Origin: the human T2T-CHM13v2.0 reference genome, Homo sapiens
DNA: 64,000 nucleotides
Direction: 5' to 3' (one strand)
Assembly (NCBI RefSeq): GCF_009914755.1
Contig: NC_060925.1
In this document: positions 1 through 14,684 of the stretch, one piece after another
Layout of the letters: the number at the start of each line of letters is the position of its first letter
How positions within the stretch are numbered: position 1 is the first letter of the stretch
Translations under genes and position numbers: made by a program
Notes under the pieces: generated by a model
Told to the model about the DNA's origin: nothing
What the model saw: the letters and a program-made list of their open reading frames with translations, nothing else
The model's database searches: none

Positions 1-454
1 AAAAATAACCTTAGAGTCAGATCACTTGGGTTAAGGTGTCATTTGGCTCATTCCTCTGCTTCTTGCAGGTGCATTTCTAAACAGTACAAAACTGATATTT
101 TCTGGGAGTGATAGACCGAAATTCTTATGGGGGCCAGCCTGTGATATAAAAGTGAGAATCTGACAGAGTTCATACTGTACTCATGACATGTATGCATGCC
201 CCACCTAAACAAATAAACACGCCAATCCTAGACTAAAAAAAAACTGTAATAAGAAAAAATCATCAACAACAACAACAACAAAAATACCCGATGGCCAAAT
301 TTGTCACTTGGGTCAACAATTTGCGGCCCTGGATCTACGGTCAAAGCTCCCGTGGGGTGGAATATCCACAGCTTTCTTTGGAAGCACTGTGGTATAGTTC
401 AGAAGTTCTCCTTTAAGTCCAAGTGCTTGACTGAGATTTGTGAGAGGCAGCAGT

Positions 455-670
455 CGCAGTGGCAGGTAGCATGAGAGCTAGGCTGTGTGTGTGAATCCCG
501 TTTCCACCATTTGCTACCGGTGTGATCTTGGGAAAATGTCTTAACCTTTCTGTGGTTCACTTTTCCTCATCTGTAAAATAGTACCTTTCACACAAAGCTG
601 TCATGAGGAAGAAGTGAGGAAGAATATTTAAAGCACCTTACACCAGAGTCTGGCACGCGTAATAAGTCAC
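455..670 (+). mobile_element. MIR SINE
   Basis: MIR core: gaatccc...tgtgatcttgggaaaatgtcttaacc...ttcctcatctgtaaaat. Confidence 0.8.
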
Positions 671-875
671 TGTAGAACTGGATTCTGCGAAGACGAACCT
701 GATGGCTAGAGGCCATCACATCCATGCAGATCATGATCCTGGTATAAGGGGAGAGGGATGTGAGGACTGTTCCTCCTGGAAGACCTAGAGAAGATGTTCA
801 TTCTTGAGCCAGAAAGCTACTTAATCTACTTTTCTCCCATTGGGAGTGACTTTCTTTTGTTCTTATCCCCGTTGT

Positions 876-1051
876 CTTTTTTTTCTTTTTTCTTTTCCCT
901 TTTTTTATTAGACGGATTTTCGCTCTTGTTAGTAGAGATGGGGTTTCACCATGCTGGCCAGGCTGGTCTCGAACTCCTGACCTCAGGTGATCTGCCCACC
1001 TTGGCTTCCCAAACTCCTGGGATAACAGGCGTGACCCACCGCGCCCAGCCC
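876..1051 (-). mobile_element. AluS with most of the right arm deleted
   Basis: T-tail and agacggattttcgctcttg joined directly to ttagtagagatgggg of the left arm. Confidence 0.85.
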
Positions 1052-1134
1052 TCATCCCCGTTTTCTACTCATCCTTCTTGTCAGACTTCTCCCCAGCTCT
1101 CTCCTATATTTCCCTAGTGCTGAGGGGGTCACTG

Positions 1135-1325
1135 CTTGAATATTAACTCTACGTGATCCCTGACAAGTTATTTAATGTCTTTGAGCTTTAGTTTTCTATC
1201 TGTAAAGTGGGGACAATAATAGTACCTACCTCCTAGTTGTTGTGAGGGTTCAGTGAGTTAATGTAGGGATTACTGTGTCAGGACAGTCCCTGGCACACAG
1301 TAAGTGCTGTGGAACTCTCAGCTAT
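1135..1325 (+). mobile_element. MIR SINE
   Basis: Core gttttctatctgtaaagtggggacaataatagtacctacctc. Confidence 0.8.
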
Positions 1326-1529
1326 TGGGTAGGATGTGCATCATTCTCTTTAATAGCCATATTCCTCCACGGTGTACTCTATACTTGTGATCTCAATTTT
1401 CTTTTTGCTGGCTCTTTTTTGGAGTTTTTTCTTCCTCTTTTTCTCCTCTGCAAGTGCTCTTATTGAGGTCAGTCCTCTTCTTTTTGTCCAGATCTAAGAT
1501 TCTGCTTATTCTCTTAGCCTTCTGAAATA

Positions 1530-2045
<516 letters not shown>

Positions 2046-2059
2046 CCCCCCACCCAAAA

Positions 2060-3055
2060 GGAAGACAAAACCATCGATATTATTTTGCAGCCAGAAGCTT
2101 GGGGGTAGGGGACAGTAAGGAGGTTATTGGAGAAAGGGAAGTGTCGATGAGGAGGGAAGGGAGGGAGTGGGAGGGAGACACTGGCTGATTGGCTGAGCAG
2201 TGGAGAGCTACCGATGGCAGGATTCTGCAGCGCGGTGAGGCATGGGGTGGATGTTGCGAAATGAAGCTGGCGGTTACAAGATAAGCCATTTAGAAGAAGT
2301 GTTGTGATTAGTGAAAGGAAGCCGGGAAATAGAATAGAGTGGCGAAGCACCTATCAAGTTTTTTCAAGATAAGGAAGATACCTGAATATTTTAAGGCAAA
2401 AGAGGAAACAGCTAATAAAGAAAATAATGAAGATGCTGAGAGGGAGAGGTAATTGTGTGAAGAACAAGAGCTGAGTGTGGAAACGAAAAACTAAGAGGGA
2501 GATTTGCTTCTTTGAGGAGGAGCACTTTTTATTTCTCCAAGGCTACGAGCACGAGGCAAGAGCTATTAGGACATTCCTCTAAAGTGGTACAAAGTCAGCG
2601 ACTGTAAAGGTGACGTGAGGATTAATAATAGCACCCAGTGATCGTGCAGTTCACATCTGTTGAGTGCAGTGGGTGATAAGGACGTTTTCTGAGATGAAGG
2701 GAGGGAAGTGGGTGATAAGGACGTTTTCTGAGATGAAGGGAGGGAGTACTTTGGAGCTTGAGGCAAGAGATGCTGCAGAATAGCTGTTTTGAGGGAGTTT
2801 GCCAGGAAGTCAACAGACGACTGAGCGGATTGTTAGGCAACACCCAGGACAGATTTGATGTTGGATGGGGGTGAATTTGTCATAGGCCACGCTTTTTTAT
2901 TTTATTATTTATTGCAGCAGTGCTTTGCAGGAACAAAGAAAGTGAAAATTGAGATGTTCAGGATTATGGACTAACAGCAGGCAGGATGGAGGGTGAAGGG
3001 CCCAGAGTTCAGGGTGGTGACAGTGGCCATTTTGAGTGGCTGAGTGTAGAGGACT
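2060..3055 (-). mobile_element. L2 LINE fragment (old)
   Basis: Purine-rich, degenerate, L2-like text. Boundaries uncertain. Confidence 0.45.
2668..2745. repeat. Perfect 39-bp tandem duplication
   Basis: agtgggtgataaggacgttttctgagatgaagggaggga x2. Confidence 0.95.
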
Positions 3056-3064
3056 GAGCAGCCG

Positions 3065-3222
3065 TGTGTAGATTAACTGCCAAGCACAGCTGCGTGAGTG
3101 AGCCTAGGCCAAGCTAGCGGAGGAACCACGCAGCCAACCCGCAGGATGGCGGAAAAGAATAAGCCGTGGTTGATTCCATCACTCTGTGGCGGGCAGCTTG
3201 TTACACAGCAGTAGAAGATGCA
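3065..3222 (+). mobile_element. MLT1-family MaLR LTR 3' fragment
   Basis: gtgagtgagcctaggccaag...cagccaaccc...ttgttacacagcagtag, a typical MLT1 end. Confidence 0.6.
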
Positions 3223-3759
3223 TGCCATGCCTTGTGTTGACTGCGCACAGCAGGGAGCCTGAGGCAAGGGAGCCTGGCACAGAAGCAGAGGTCAGTCGGC
3301 TGGAGAAGCTGGGCAGGTGGAGAAGAATAGAGGGGGCCTCTGGGGAGCACCCAGAAATACCCAGCAGCTCTGGAGAAGTGCAGGTTTTAGAATGTGAGAG
3401 TGAGAAGGAGGCTTGCCATCTTGAGAGATACACACCTGGTGGCAAGTTGTGGTGACGGTAAGTGCTGGAGGGAGTGCAGCCACAGCTCAGACTGTCTCTT
3501 TTCTTCCGTGCCATTCACTCTCAGCAGAGGACCTTGCCTTGTACTACACAGAGGACAGAGAAGTCTTTTTATGTGAGTTTCTTCATCATCCCATTTCCAA
3601 AGACAAACTAGGGATACAGATATGAATTGTATGATAAAACTTGAGATAACAGATAAGTCACATTACTTTTCTAAGTCTGATTAAATCTTGTGCCCCTACT
3701 TGTCAAGACCAATAAAAAGTTAGTAGTTTTCGTGGCTTCTTTTTGGCTCTTATATTGTA

Positions 3760-3949
3760 CAGTAAGTCTTCTCTTAACCTTTCAATCAGTTGTTGGAAAC
3801 TGCGACTTTAAATGAAATGATGTACAGCAAGTCTTTGAATAATGTTGTTACAAAGTTGATGAGAAAAAAAAATGGTTTTGTTATATGTCCTTTTGCTTAC
3901 GGTTGTAGTTTCCAAGAACCCATCAATGATACTCAGAGAAGACTTGCTG
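3760..3949. mobile_element. TcMar-Tigger MITE (MER6-like)
   Basis: TIRs cagtaagtcttctct / agagaagacttgctg, 5' TA, internal ggaaactgcgactttaa. Confidence 0.75.
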
Positions 3950-4649
3950 TTCTGGGACTCCAAGGCTTAGTGCAGTCTCTGGGGGAAACTGGAGAGAGGA
4001 AAAGCATTGTGCTCATGAGCTGTCTAGGCCTGAGACAGGGACAGCATCCGTGTCGTCTGCACCAGGCTCAGCCACAGGGAGCCTTAGCACAGCTTCCAGG
4101 GCCCCAGAGCTCAATGGAGAGATTAGCTTTCCATAAGAGGAAGGAACCTCATCCAGTGCAGTAGAGGAAAAGAGAAGAACATAGGTGAGATATAGGTGGG
4201 CTAGTGGAGCAGTTTGTAGGTGTACAGGGAGAGTTCTTGAGGAAGCCGTGGTATTGTTCTTCAGGCCACTGTGGCCTCATCAGCAAAAGAATCTTTGCCT
4301 TTTTTTCTTATATCATCAGGCCTTTGTGATTCGAGACTAGAGAGAAAGAAGTTGCTTAATGCCTGCAAGATGTCAATCACGTGGGCTTTGTTTTCTGGGG
4401 TCTACCCGGGCAGGTGAGACCATAGCAGATTCGCTCAGCAGAGAAGAGGATGGTGATGGGTTCCTCAAGGGGATGTGAAAGAGGGAGAGGGAAATTTCCT
4501 ATGATAGGGAAGAACTTGCCATTCTCTCACATGTAGCACCTTGCAGGCGGCAGGACCTAGGATGGGGGTGGCTGGAAGAACACTGAGCGCTAAGTGCCTG
4601 GCCAAGGCCCTCCCACCCTCTCAGGAAACCCACCCACCCAGTGAACAAC

Positions 4650-5445
4650 GCCCGCATCAGCCTTCTTTGCACGGGCTCTTTCCCAGTAGCATTAAAATAT
4701 GCTCACATCATTCAGGTCTTCAGTATCAAAAAAGAAAAAACATCCTCTTTAACACCATGTTCCTCTCCAGACACCCCTTCCCTCCCCTTTACTTCTGTTT
4801 GTTTTTTGGGGTTTTTGTTTGTTTGTTTTTTGATGTGGGGGTCTGTGTATGTTGCCCACGCTGGAGTGCCAAGTCAGTGGCTGTTCACATCACGATCTCT
4901 GCTCACTGCAACCTTCGCCCCCACTTCCTCTGGGCTCAAGTGATCCTCACGCCTCAGCCTCATGAGTAGCTGGGACTACCGGCATCTGTCACCATGCCTG
5001 ACTTCTCCCTTTCACTTCTTAGATCCTCCTTGACCCACTGCAATCTAATTTCTCCTCCACCTTCAACGGAGAGTGCCCTTGTCAAAATCATAGCTGATCT
5101 CCTTTTTTACTAACTCCAGTGGCTGTTTCTCAGAATTTACCTCCCTCGACCTCTCAGCAGCATCGGAAAGCCAAGGATGACTTTCCATTTTTTTTCTCCT
5201 TAGCCTCCACGCCCCGGCCCTCTCCTGGATGTTCACTTCCCTCTCTGGCTGCTCTGCTCCATCTCTCATGCGGGTTCCTCTTTCTTGGATCGTTCCTTGA
5301 ATGTGGGTACTCCTCAGACCTCTTCCTTCTCTTTCCCAGCCAATACATTCTACGTAGAGGAGCTCTTCTGCTCCTGTGGCTTCATGACCGGATCCACGTC
5401 TCCAGCCAGATCCTTCTCCTGCACTTCGCACTCTTATGAGTATCA
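4650..5445 (+). mobile_element. L2 fragment interrupted by an AluJ arm (about 4797-5002, - strand)
   Basis: Pyrimidine-rich L2 text (cctcgacctctcagcagcat) with Alu motifs inside. Confidence 0.65.
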
Positions 5446-5448
5446 AGT

Positions 5449-5870
5449 CTGTGGTTTGATTTTACCCCACTTGTAAGCTAGCAAGTTAGCTTGTTACTGT
5501 CTCATGGATGTTGGCACAAGACTTGAGACTCCTGAGTCAGTGACAAAGGACTTCATTCCTCTTGGCACAGCAGGCAACATGAGCATCAGCTTGTGGGTGA
5601 CAGTTACTCCTGCCCTCACCTTTTCCTGGTGATGGGCCCAGCTGGATGCCTGCACAGGAAATGGGTGGCATCACAGAAAGGGAACAGAGCTTTCAGAACA
5701 GAGAATTTCAGGGAACAGAACAGGGGATATCTACTGCTTTTATAGCAAGCAGGAAGCAAGCCTGCTCTTTGGCCTGGAGGGAGACATTATGTCATCTCTC
5801 GAGGCTGCTCACTGCGGCATAGCCCTGAGAGATGGTCAGGGTTTTCATGGCATAACCAGCAAGAACAAGC
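5449..5870 (-). mobile_element. ERVL LTR (MER54/MER74-like)
   Basis: tgtggtttgattttaccccacttgtaagctagcaagttagc...gagactcctgagtcagtgacaaaggact. Confidence 0.6.
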
Positions 5871-5939
5871 ATGTTGGAAATTCAACATGTCCCAGATTGA
5901 ACTCTTCATTTCCCTTCACCTAAACTTTTTTACTTCCTT

Positions 5940-6274
5940 TTTAAAAATTTATTTTTATTTATTTTGCACATTTATTGGTATTTCTTTTAGAGACACGATC
6001 TCACTCTGTCACCCAGGCTGGAGTACAATTGCAGGATCATAGTCCACTGCAGCCTTGAACTCCTCGGCTCAACCGATCCTGCCATCTCTGTCTCCTGAGT
6101 AGCTGGGACTACAGGCACGTGCCACCACACTCGACTAATTTTTAAAATTTTTTGTAGACATGGCAGTCTTGCTGTGTTGCCCAGGCTGGTCTTGAAATCC
6201 TGGCCTCAAGTGATCCTCCCACCCACAGCCTCCCAGAGTGCTGGGATTACAGATGTGAGCCACCGCGCCTGGCC
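5940..6274 (-). mobile_element. AluJ
   Basis: Full antisense dimer. Confidence 0.9.
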
Positions 6275-6558
6275 TGTTTCTCCTTCTATTTTCTGAACTC
6301 AGTGATTGATGCAGTCCTCGATATTTGTAACTCATTACCAACTGATAAGAAATTCTTAACTCTTTTGACTTTCCTCTCCCTCATGAAGTCTGATGACTCC
6401 TTCGAACTCTCTCTTAGGTTTATTTGCTCTTCTTGCCCCTCGCTGCCTATCCCTGGGTCAGACTGTGCTTCTCTTATGTGTTTAAGACAATTACAGCCTT
6501 TTATCATCCAGCTAGAATATTCATTTTATGAAGTTGTAAGTTGTTTTATTACAAAATG

Positions 6559-6695
6559 TTTTTAGAGACAGGGTCTTGCTGTGCTGCCCAGGTGGAGTGC
6601 AGTGGCCATTTACAGGTGTGTAATAGCTCACTGCAGCCTTGAACCCCTGGCCTCCAGCCGTCCTCCTGCCCCAGCCTTCCTAGTAGCTGAGACTA
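6559..6695 (-). mobile_element. FLAM/Alu monomer
   Basis: gagacagggtcttgctgtgctgcccagg...tagctcactgcagccttgaa. Confidence 0.75.
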
Positions 6696-6955
6696 AGTTA
6701 CTTAATTTAAAATGTATGTATTCATTTGTTTGTAATTCAAAAGATTCAAAAGGTAGATGCTGAAAAGACTTCCTCCAGCCTTTGCCCCTGCCACCTGCTC
6801 TCCTCCAAGGCATTCTCCACCCTCCAGTTAATGTTACCAGCTCCTCCTGTATCCTGTTAATACTGTACCCAAGGTAGACATTTTATACTCAGGTTACTCA
6901 AGTACCGTATGTGAGATTGTGACACAAATTTCCATACCTTACATTTGCTTAATAC

Positions 6956-7085
6956 TTTTTTTTTTGAGACAGATTCTCACTCTGTTGCCCAGGCTGGAGA
7001 GCAGTGGTGCCATCTCAGCTCACTGCAACCTCCGCCTCCTGCGTTCAAGCGATTCTCCTGCCTCAGCCTCCTGAGTAGCTGGGAG
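6956..7085 (-). mobile_element. AluS right-arm fragment
   Basis: T-tail plus right arm to gtagctggga. Confidence 0.85.
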
Positions 7086-7307
7086 TGTCCCAGAGAGGAA
7101 CATGGAGGCTTCTGTTGCTGACACAGCACAGTGGAATTCTCACTTTCTCCTTATCTGCTCTCTTCTCAGTCTGACTCCAGATGGAAGCTCTTCCCTAGAA
7201 AAGCCCTGTCCAGAAGGAGTTTGCATAGTCTATCATTTTCCATTTTCTGTTAGCCACATTTTTTCAAGTAAAAAAGAAACAGGTGTTGGAAGAAAAACTT
7301 TAGACAA

Positions 7308-7746
<439 letters not shown>

Positions 7747-7936
7747 TTACAGCTCGAAGTTGGCCTCCTTTGAACAAGGTTTGAACCGTTGGCTGTGATT
7801 GGCCGAAACTCTGTGATTGGGGCATGAGTAGGTTATGTCTGTTGTAACATCCGGTTAGGTTGCAGTTCACTATATATGCGGAAACCTCTAGGTCAAGCTT
7901 AAAACATGTAAGGAGGCAGCTTTAGGCGAAACTTAT

Positions 7937-8011
7937 ATAGGTTGGTGCAAAAGTAATTGCAGTTTTTGCCCTTTTAATGGCAAAACCCACAATTTTGCAC
8001 GAGCCTAATAA
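7937..8011. mobile_element. MADE1 (Hsmar1 MITE)
   Basis: taggttggtgcaaaagtaattgc...aattttgcacgagcctaata palindromic TIRs. Confidence 0.9.
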
Positions 8012-8300
8012 TTTAACACAAGTAAAATTAATTTTAACAACGTATCTTATTTAACCCAATGTGTCTAAAGTGTTATCATTTCAACATGTAACCAATATTA
8101 AAAATTATTAATGAGCTATTTTGCATTTTCTTTTTCATACTAAGCTTTTGGAATCAGTGTGTATTTTACACTGACAGTACATTTCCATTTGCAGTAGTCA
8201 CATTTCAAATGCATAATAGCCAGATGTAGTTGGTGGCTGCTGTTTGGTCTAGCACGGGCCTAGAATTTGTCTTTTCCCAATCTTGTCTCCTTCAAAAATC

Positions 8301-8700
8301 TTTTTTTTTTTTTGGTAATTAAAAAGTCGATATATCATGGTTGTACATATTTATGAGGTCCGTGGGCTATTTTGATACCTGCATACAATGTGTAATGATC
8401 AAGTCAGGGCAATTGGGATATCCATCACCTCAAACGTTTATCTTTGTGTTGGGAACATTATAATTCTTCTCTTCTTGCTATTTTGAAAATAGAATAAATT
8501 GTTCACTCTAATTTTCCTACTGTACTATCAAATACTGGAACTTACTCCTTCTATCTAACTAATATATTTGTTCCTATTAACCCAATATCTCTTTGTCCTC
8601 CTTCTCCTCTTCCCTTCCCAGCCTCTGGTAACCATCATTCTACTCTCTACCTCCCTGAGACCAACTTATTTAGCTCCAGTAAGTGTGAGAATGTGCGATT
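8301..8700 (-). mobile_element. L1MA-type 3' end
   Basis: T-tail then gtacatatttatg...catacaatgtgtaatgatcaagtcaggg...accatcattctactctctac. Confidence 0.8.
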
Positions 8701-8751
8701 TGTGTTGCCCTCCTTCAAAACTCTTGCCTGCAATAAGAGTGAGAATGTGCG

Positions 8752-8928
8752 ATTAGCCGTGCATGGTGGTGCACATCTGTAGTCCCAGCTACTTGGGAGG
8801 CTGAGGTGGGAGGATCACCTGAGTTTTGGGAAGTCAAGGCTGCAGTGAGCTGAGATTGCATCACTGCACTCCAGCCTGGACAACAAAAGCAAGACCCTTT
8901 CTAAAAATAATAATAATAATAATAATAT
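8752..8928 (+). mobile_element. AluJ right arm
   Basis: attagccgtgcatggtgg...cactccagcctgg plus (AAT)n tail. Confidence 0.85.
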
Positions 8929-9419
8929 CTTTGCTATATGAAAGAAAAAAAACAAGAAAATGGGAAAAAAGGAAATATACTTGACATGAGGATAGTACAT
9001 GTTTTGTTGGCCCTTCATTTATTAAGAAGGAAGATGAGTAAGTGAAAAGAATCCTATATTCCACAGTTACTGACTTTAGGTTTCACTTTTAAGTTGATAC
9101 TTATTCTGCAACCTCTTTCAGTGAAGAAATTTAAAATTCTTATTTAAAACGTTTTCTTTGTAAATAGGGAGTAAATATAATACCACTAAAATTATCCAGA
9201 GTGGTAAAGAAATTAACTACTCTAGTTAAGTGAATATTTGCGAAATTAAATTAACATTCAAACATTACAACTTTAATTTTGATAATTTTGAATGGAAGTA
9301 TTTCGTAATCAATTACACATCCCTGTCTTAATATTCAGAGAGTATTGAATAGCATTTATACTTTTCTTAGGTTATTTGTGGAATTGAACTACGTTATGAT
9401 GGGGGCAGGGAGAGGTGAA

Positions 9420-9790
9420 TAACTCATATTTATTGAGTCGCTGCTCTGCCAGGAGATGTGCTTTGTATTATGATAGCTCTTCTTATTTAACCCTTAGTGT
9501 ATCCCCCTTCCTGGTTCTTAGTGTTTGAAGGAAGTCACTGTGTTTTACCTACCAGGTAGGCTTATGCACACATTGATTAGGTAGGTGATCTCTCCAATCT
9601 AGTAAGTCACAGAGCTGGGATTTGAACCCTAGTGGTTTGGCGCTAGAGGCCATGCTTTTAACACTCTGATACTAATGTCAACTTCACCACAAAACTCTGC
9701 GGTAGACATTATCATCCCCATTTTACAGGTGTGGAAACTGAGGCTCAAAAGAGTTAAGTAACACTTAACGTCAGTTGGTACATGGCCAAT
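9420..9790 (-). mobile_element. MIR fragments
   Basis: atccccattttacaggtgtggaaactgaggctca and gagctgggatttgaaccc. Confidence 0.7.
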
Positions 9791-10046
9791 GTTTCTTTTT
9801 CTTTCTAGAACTTTTTTATATTGGCCCAGGCAAGGCATTTGCCAGTCAATGAAACCATTTCTTTCATCTTTCTTTGGTTCACTTATCCTCCTTTTTCTTT
9901 CCCCAGAAAACATCTTTTATAATCATGAGGCAATATCGGAGTGATTTGGTTTCCTACATTACAAAATATGCTCTGAGATAATTTGGAGAAACGTGGCCTT
10001 TTCGGAGTTTATATTCTAAAACCATTGAAAACTTTTTTTTTTCCAG

Positions 10047-10119
10047 AGAGATTGGAACAATTATCAGGTCATTAGGATGCTGTCCTACGGAAGGAGAGCT
10101 GCATGATCTGATTGCAGAG
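10047..10119 (+). CDS. EFCAB2: EFCAB2/DRC8 internal coding exon: (R)EIGTIIRSLGCCPTEGELHDLIAE
   Basis: T-tract+ccag acceptor, GAG|gtgagt donor, 73 bp (1 nt + 24 codons). The peptide resembles calmodulin [22 protein letters not shown] and I recognise it as EFCAB2. Confidence 0.95.
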
Positions 10120-11493
10120 GTGAGTACGGCGAAAAGGTTTCATTCAGCCAGCTCTCTGTGTGAGAGCTACTCCTTGTAATTAAAAACAATCCTTACCTGA
10201 AACTAAAAAAAAGTGCCCCAAACTACTGAATGTGCTCAGTGGAAATATTAGGATAACTATTCATATTAGCCAACCAACAAAATCTGAAAGAATTGAGCAG
10301 ATCTTGAAGAAATGACTATGAACAAGTAACACAACTGATCAAATAAAGAACCCACTGTAGAAATGATCCTCTCTGTAAAATTAGTTGAAAAGAGGCCAGT
10401 AGATGCAAGGGGCTGACCGTATGCAGAAAGGCTATTGACAGAGACAGTAAGGAATTTTTATTTATTTGGGGAAATAAAACTAACTTTTAGAACAAGTAGT
10501 AAACAGAATAAAATATCAAGAATGAACTTTACATTGACCAGAGAGTCTAAGAAGTTTAAAAACGAGTCATGTGTAATAGTGGAGGTGAATGATCCCATAA
10601 GGCAGTGGATGAGCAGCCCAAGATGAGAGTGCTTCATGCTCTGTTTGACTTTCCAGAAAGGTCTCTGATCTCATTTCAAATGCAGCATTCGGTTCAACAA
10701 CAGAGACTTTAAGGGAAAAAAGCTACCTGGCCAGGAGAAGAATCTTTTCAGAATTGCTTATCTAGGCACAAAGATTTTAGTGGAGTCTGGGGATGGCAAA
10801 GGGGATAACAGGAGACAGGTGAGGAGGTGGAATTTTATCTCTTTATTTTGCACCTAGCGCAGTACCTGCTTGTTCAACATTAAGTTGGAGAGAAGGAATT
10901 GTGACCGTGGTGAGTCACTTAACCCCTGTTGAGTGTCAGTTTCTCCATAATAATAACTACTTCAAAGTTTGCTTCAAAGATAAATGAAAGAAGGTACAAG
11001 AATGCATGTTTTGAATCCTAAAGCATTATGTAAAGTTAAGGAAGGGAAGATTAGAAAGATGAGTCTGCTGCACAGATATTAGCACCTTGGTGACCAAAAA
11101 GCAGTAGCAATTTTTTGAAGCATTTGGAAATATTCAGTAAAGGAATCTAAGTTGTAAGAACACATTGTTTTTACCTTTTGGGATTCAATAAAGCTATTTT
11201 TACCAAGAGTAAGAGGAAAAGCTTGTTTTTCCTGAATTGATGCTCACATTAAAAAAAGATACTGATTACTGCCTTAAAGTGTTTCTGCACAAAGCTGGAA
11301 TTAGTGTTAGGGAAAAGCAAGCTGGAAGTGTGGAAGAGGTAAGAACTAGAGGACGAATTTACAGCGAAATCATCATCATCACATGCTCAGGATAGTAAGT
11401 GAAGCAATAATGAAAAATACCTCCGAAGGTCAGAAAAGGAGGATCTCTAGAGTCTAGTCCCTTTATGGTTTGTTTGTATGTTTTAATCTCTAT

Positions 11494-11714
11494 CAGGAGT
11501 TAGCAAATCATGGCCCCTGGCCAAATCCTGCCCACCGCCTGTGCATGTAAATAAAGTTTCACTGAAACACAGCTAAACTCATTTATTTGTATATTATCTA
11601 TGGTTGTTTCCTGACTACAAGGGCAGAGTTCAGTAGTTGCCACAGAGACCTACAGCTTGGAAAGCTTAAGATATTTACCATCTGGCCTTTGCAGAAAAAG
11701 GTTGCCAACTCCTG
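11494..11714. mobile_element. MER58A (hAT-Charlie)
   Basis: TIRs caggagttagcaaa / gttgccaactcctg, internal gtaaataaagttt. Confidence 0.85.
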
Positions 11715-11734
11715 ATCTATGGGCTTCTGTGCCA

Positions 11735-11950
11735 AAGTAGAACAAATACCACATCTAGTACTAGAAGATCTGAGTTCAAACTCCACAGCTACCACTTATA
11801 GCCATGTGGCCTTCAATGAGCCACTTAATCCTTCAAAGCTTCGTTTCACATCTGCAAAAGGAGTATAATAACATGAAAATGTTTTTATGAGGATTAAATT
11901 TAATAACCGAGGAATCAACTGTTACTTGGTGGGCATGCAGTACATACTTG
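11735..11950 (+). mobile_element. MIR
   Basis: gatctgagttcaaactcc...tttcacatctgcaaaagg. Confidence 0.6.
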
Positions 11951-12447
11951 AGTTTGCTTGCACTGCTGGTGGCTCTCTAGGATAATAATCCCCACTGGTT
12001 TGGGCAGTTAGCCAGAGTGGGTGCTTAGGTCCTAAAGTTTTATTTTATTTTTACCCTTTTTTAGGGACATGACACAACCTTTGAAAATTACAGATATTTA
12101 GAATACTTATGTACCAGTAGGGGTCACTGAGCTATTAAGCTCTGTAAATATTTTTCTATATTTGTATACGAACACAATTTACTCTAATTAAATTCTACTG
12201 ATAAACAGCTTTGGGTATAACTACCTTTTAAGAACTTTTCCAAATAAATGGGTGGGAAAAAAGCACATAAAAAAAGCACAAATTTGAATTGATAAATACA
12301 AGTATGTATTTGTACATATTTAAATACATTTAATAGTGAATACATGTAAACACATTTAGAAAATCAAAGCCCCGTAAAAGTCAACATCTAGGGGTAAATG
12401 TCATATTGCTAAATGTTCTATAATAGTTTCAGAGATCAAACTATTTA

Positions 12448-12831
<384 letters not shown>

Positions 12832-13825
12832 TCATGTACTTGAACTTTAGTGTAGACACATTCTTTTCTCTTTAATTTTTATAACTTTCAGCCCTTTGCT
12901 TCCTGAAGATCAATTTCAAATATGGTGTTTCTCTTGAAATAGATCATTTTAAAAATCATTTAATTTTGATCCATGCAGTTTATATTCTATAAATAGCAAC
13001 TTCCTGCAAATACTTTCTGCCTTTTGGAATATCACAAAAACTGGCAACTGTGAGAAGGATTAGTGAAAAATCTTACCGACATATAGGCTACCAAATAATC
13101 CTTCTTTTAATATTAAGTTAGCGCCTTCTAGGATCTTCAGGGTATGGGAGCTGGGAGGAGATAATGGCATTTTCATACAAATGGAAAGGTTATTTAGAGG
13201 TCTATGTCTTCTGAAGTTCCAACCTAAGTGGAATTATGGAGAACTTCAACTAATTACAAAGGAAAACTAAAAGATGATTTAAAAGTAAGACCTATGTTTG
13301 TCAGATTATTGACTCAGGCTTAGGCACTAAGCACGGATTATGACTTTTTATTGGGGTGACCATCTGCATCCTCCCCTTCCCCATCCTTGCCCTTTTTTGG
13401 TTGTAGATGTTAGGCAGCACCTTTGTTGGCTCCACATCTGTTTTGCTCCTAAGCGTGCTATGTTCTATTAACCATCTCCACCTTTCCCCGTGACTCCCTC
13501 TTCAATCTGTCTGCTCATTATATGAGGCCTCTTAACTTCTGTGCTCAAACAACTCTGCTTGGCCTCTGTTACCTGGGTGTAGGAGAGCTGGCTAGCAAAT
13601 CATTACATGGATTTAACAAACCCAGGTCTACAATTACCTAATCTAGTCAACCCTGGCTTGCAGAAGACACCATCACAGAACTTAGTGACACCAGTGCCTT
13701 TCTCACCAGCCTGATACCCTTGGTGAGCAGTGCATCTGAGCCCTCCCATGGAACAGAATCCTCCAGTGAGTCTTCTGACTCATTAGATGCCCATTCTGCC
13801 CTCCCACTTCCGTCAGCTTGGTTTG

Positions 13826-13904
13826 CCACTTCACTCAGGGTTTGGTGTCGCTTGTTCCAGGTCTCCACTTCACTCAGGGTTTGGTGTCACTTGTTCCAGG
13901 TCTC
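13826..13904. repeat. 39-bp tandem duplication with 1 mismatch
   Basis: ccacttcactcagggtttggtgtc(g/a)cttgttccaggtct x2. Confidence 0.95.
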
Positions 13905-14311
13905 ACCCTCGCAGCAAGGGTGCCCCATCTCCTAGGGTCCTTGCCAGAGTGTTAAGTCTGTGTCCTGAGAAAGTGCCTGAAGTCGATGAATTCTTGCTTA
14001 TCCAGTTTTATATTCCAGACCTCTTGGTCAAGCACTCTCATCCAATCTCAGGGGTACTCCCCTAGCTCCTAGTTCAGGAGCCAATTCCTATCTAATTCCT
14101 TTTGCGATTTTAGTGTATAGTCTTTTTCTTTCCTTATTAGGCCCAGCACTTCCTCAGCCAGATTATGCTGGGATTTAACACTTCATTATTGCCTGGAGCA
14201 GCCCATTGGATGGATGGCCTTGGCTCAAATATGATGGCTAGGATCATCATTCAATTACATTTCCTGCAACTGTAGATTTAAGAGGTGCATTTCATTGGGA
14301 GGCTGAGGTGA

Positions 14312-14684
<373 letters not shown>

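Noticed and set aside
3452-3463. Strong donor-like ACG|gtaagt
   Set aside because: I found no convincing upstream acceptor or coding frame. Such motifs occur by chance in long introns.
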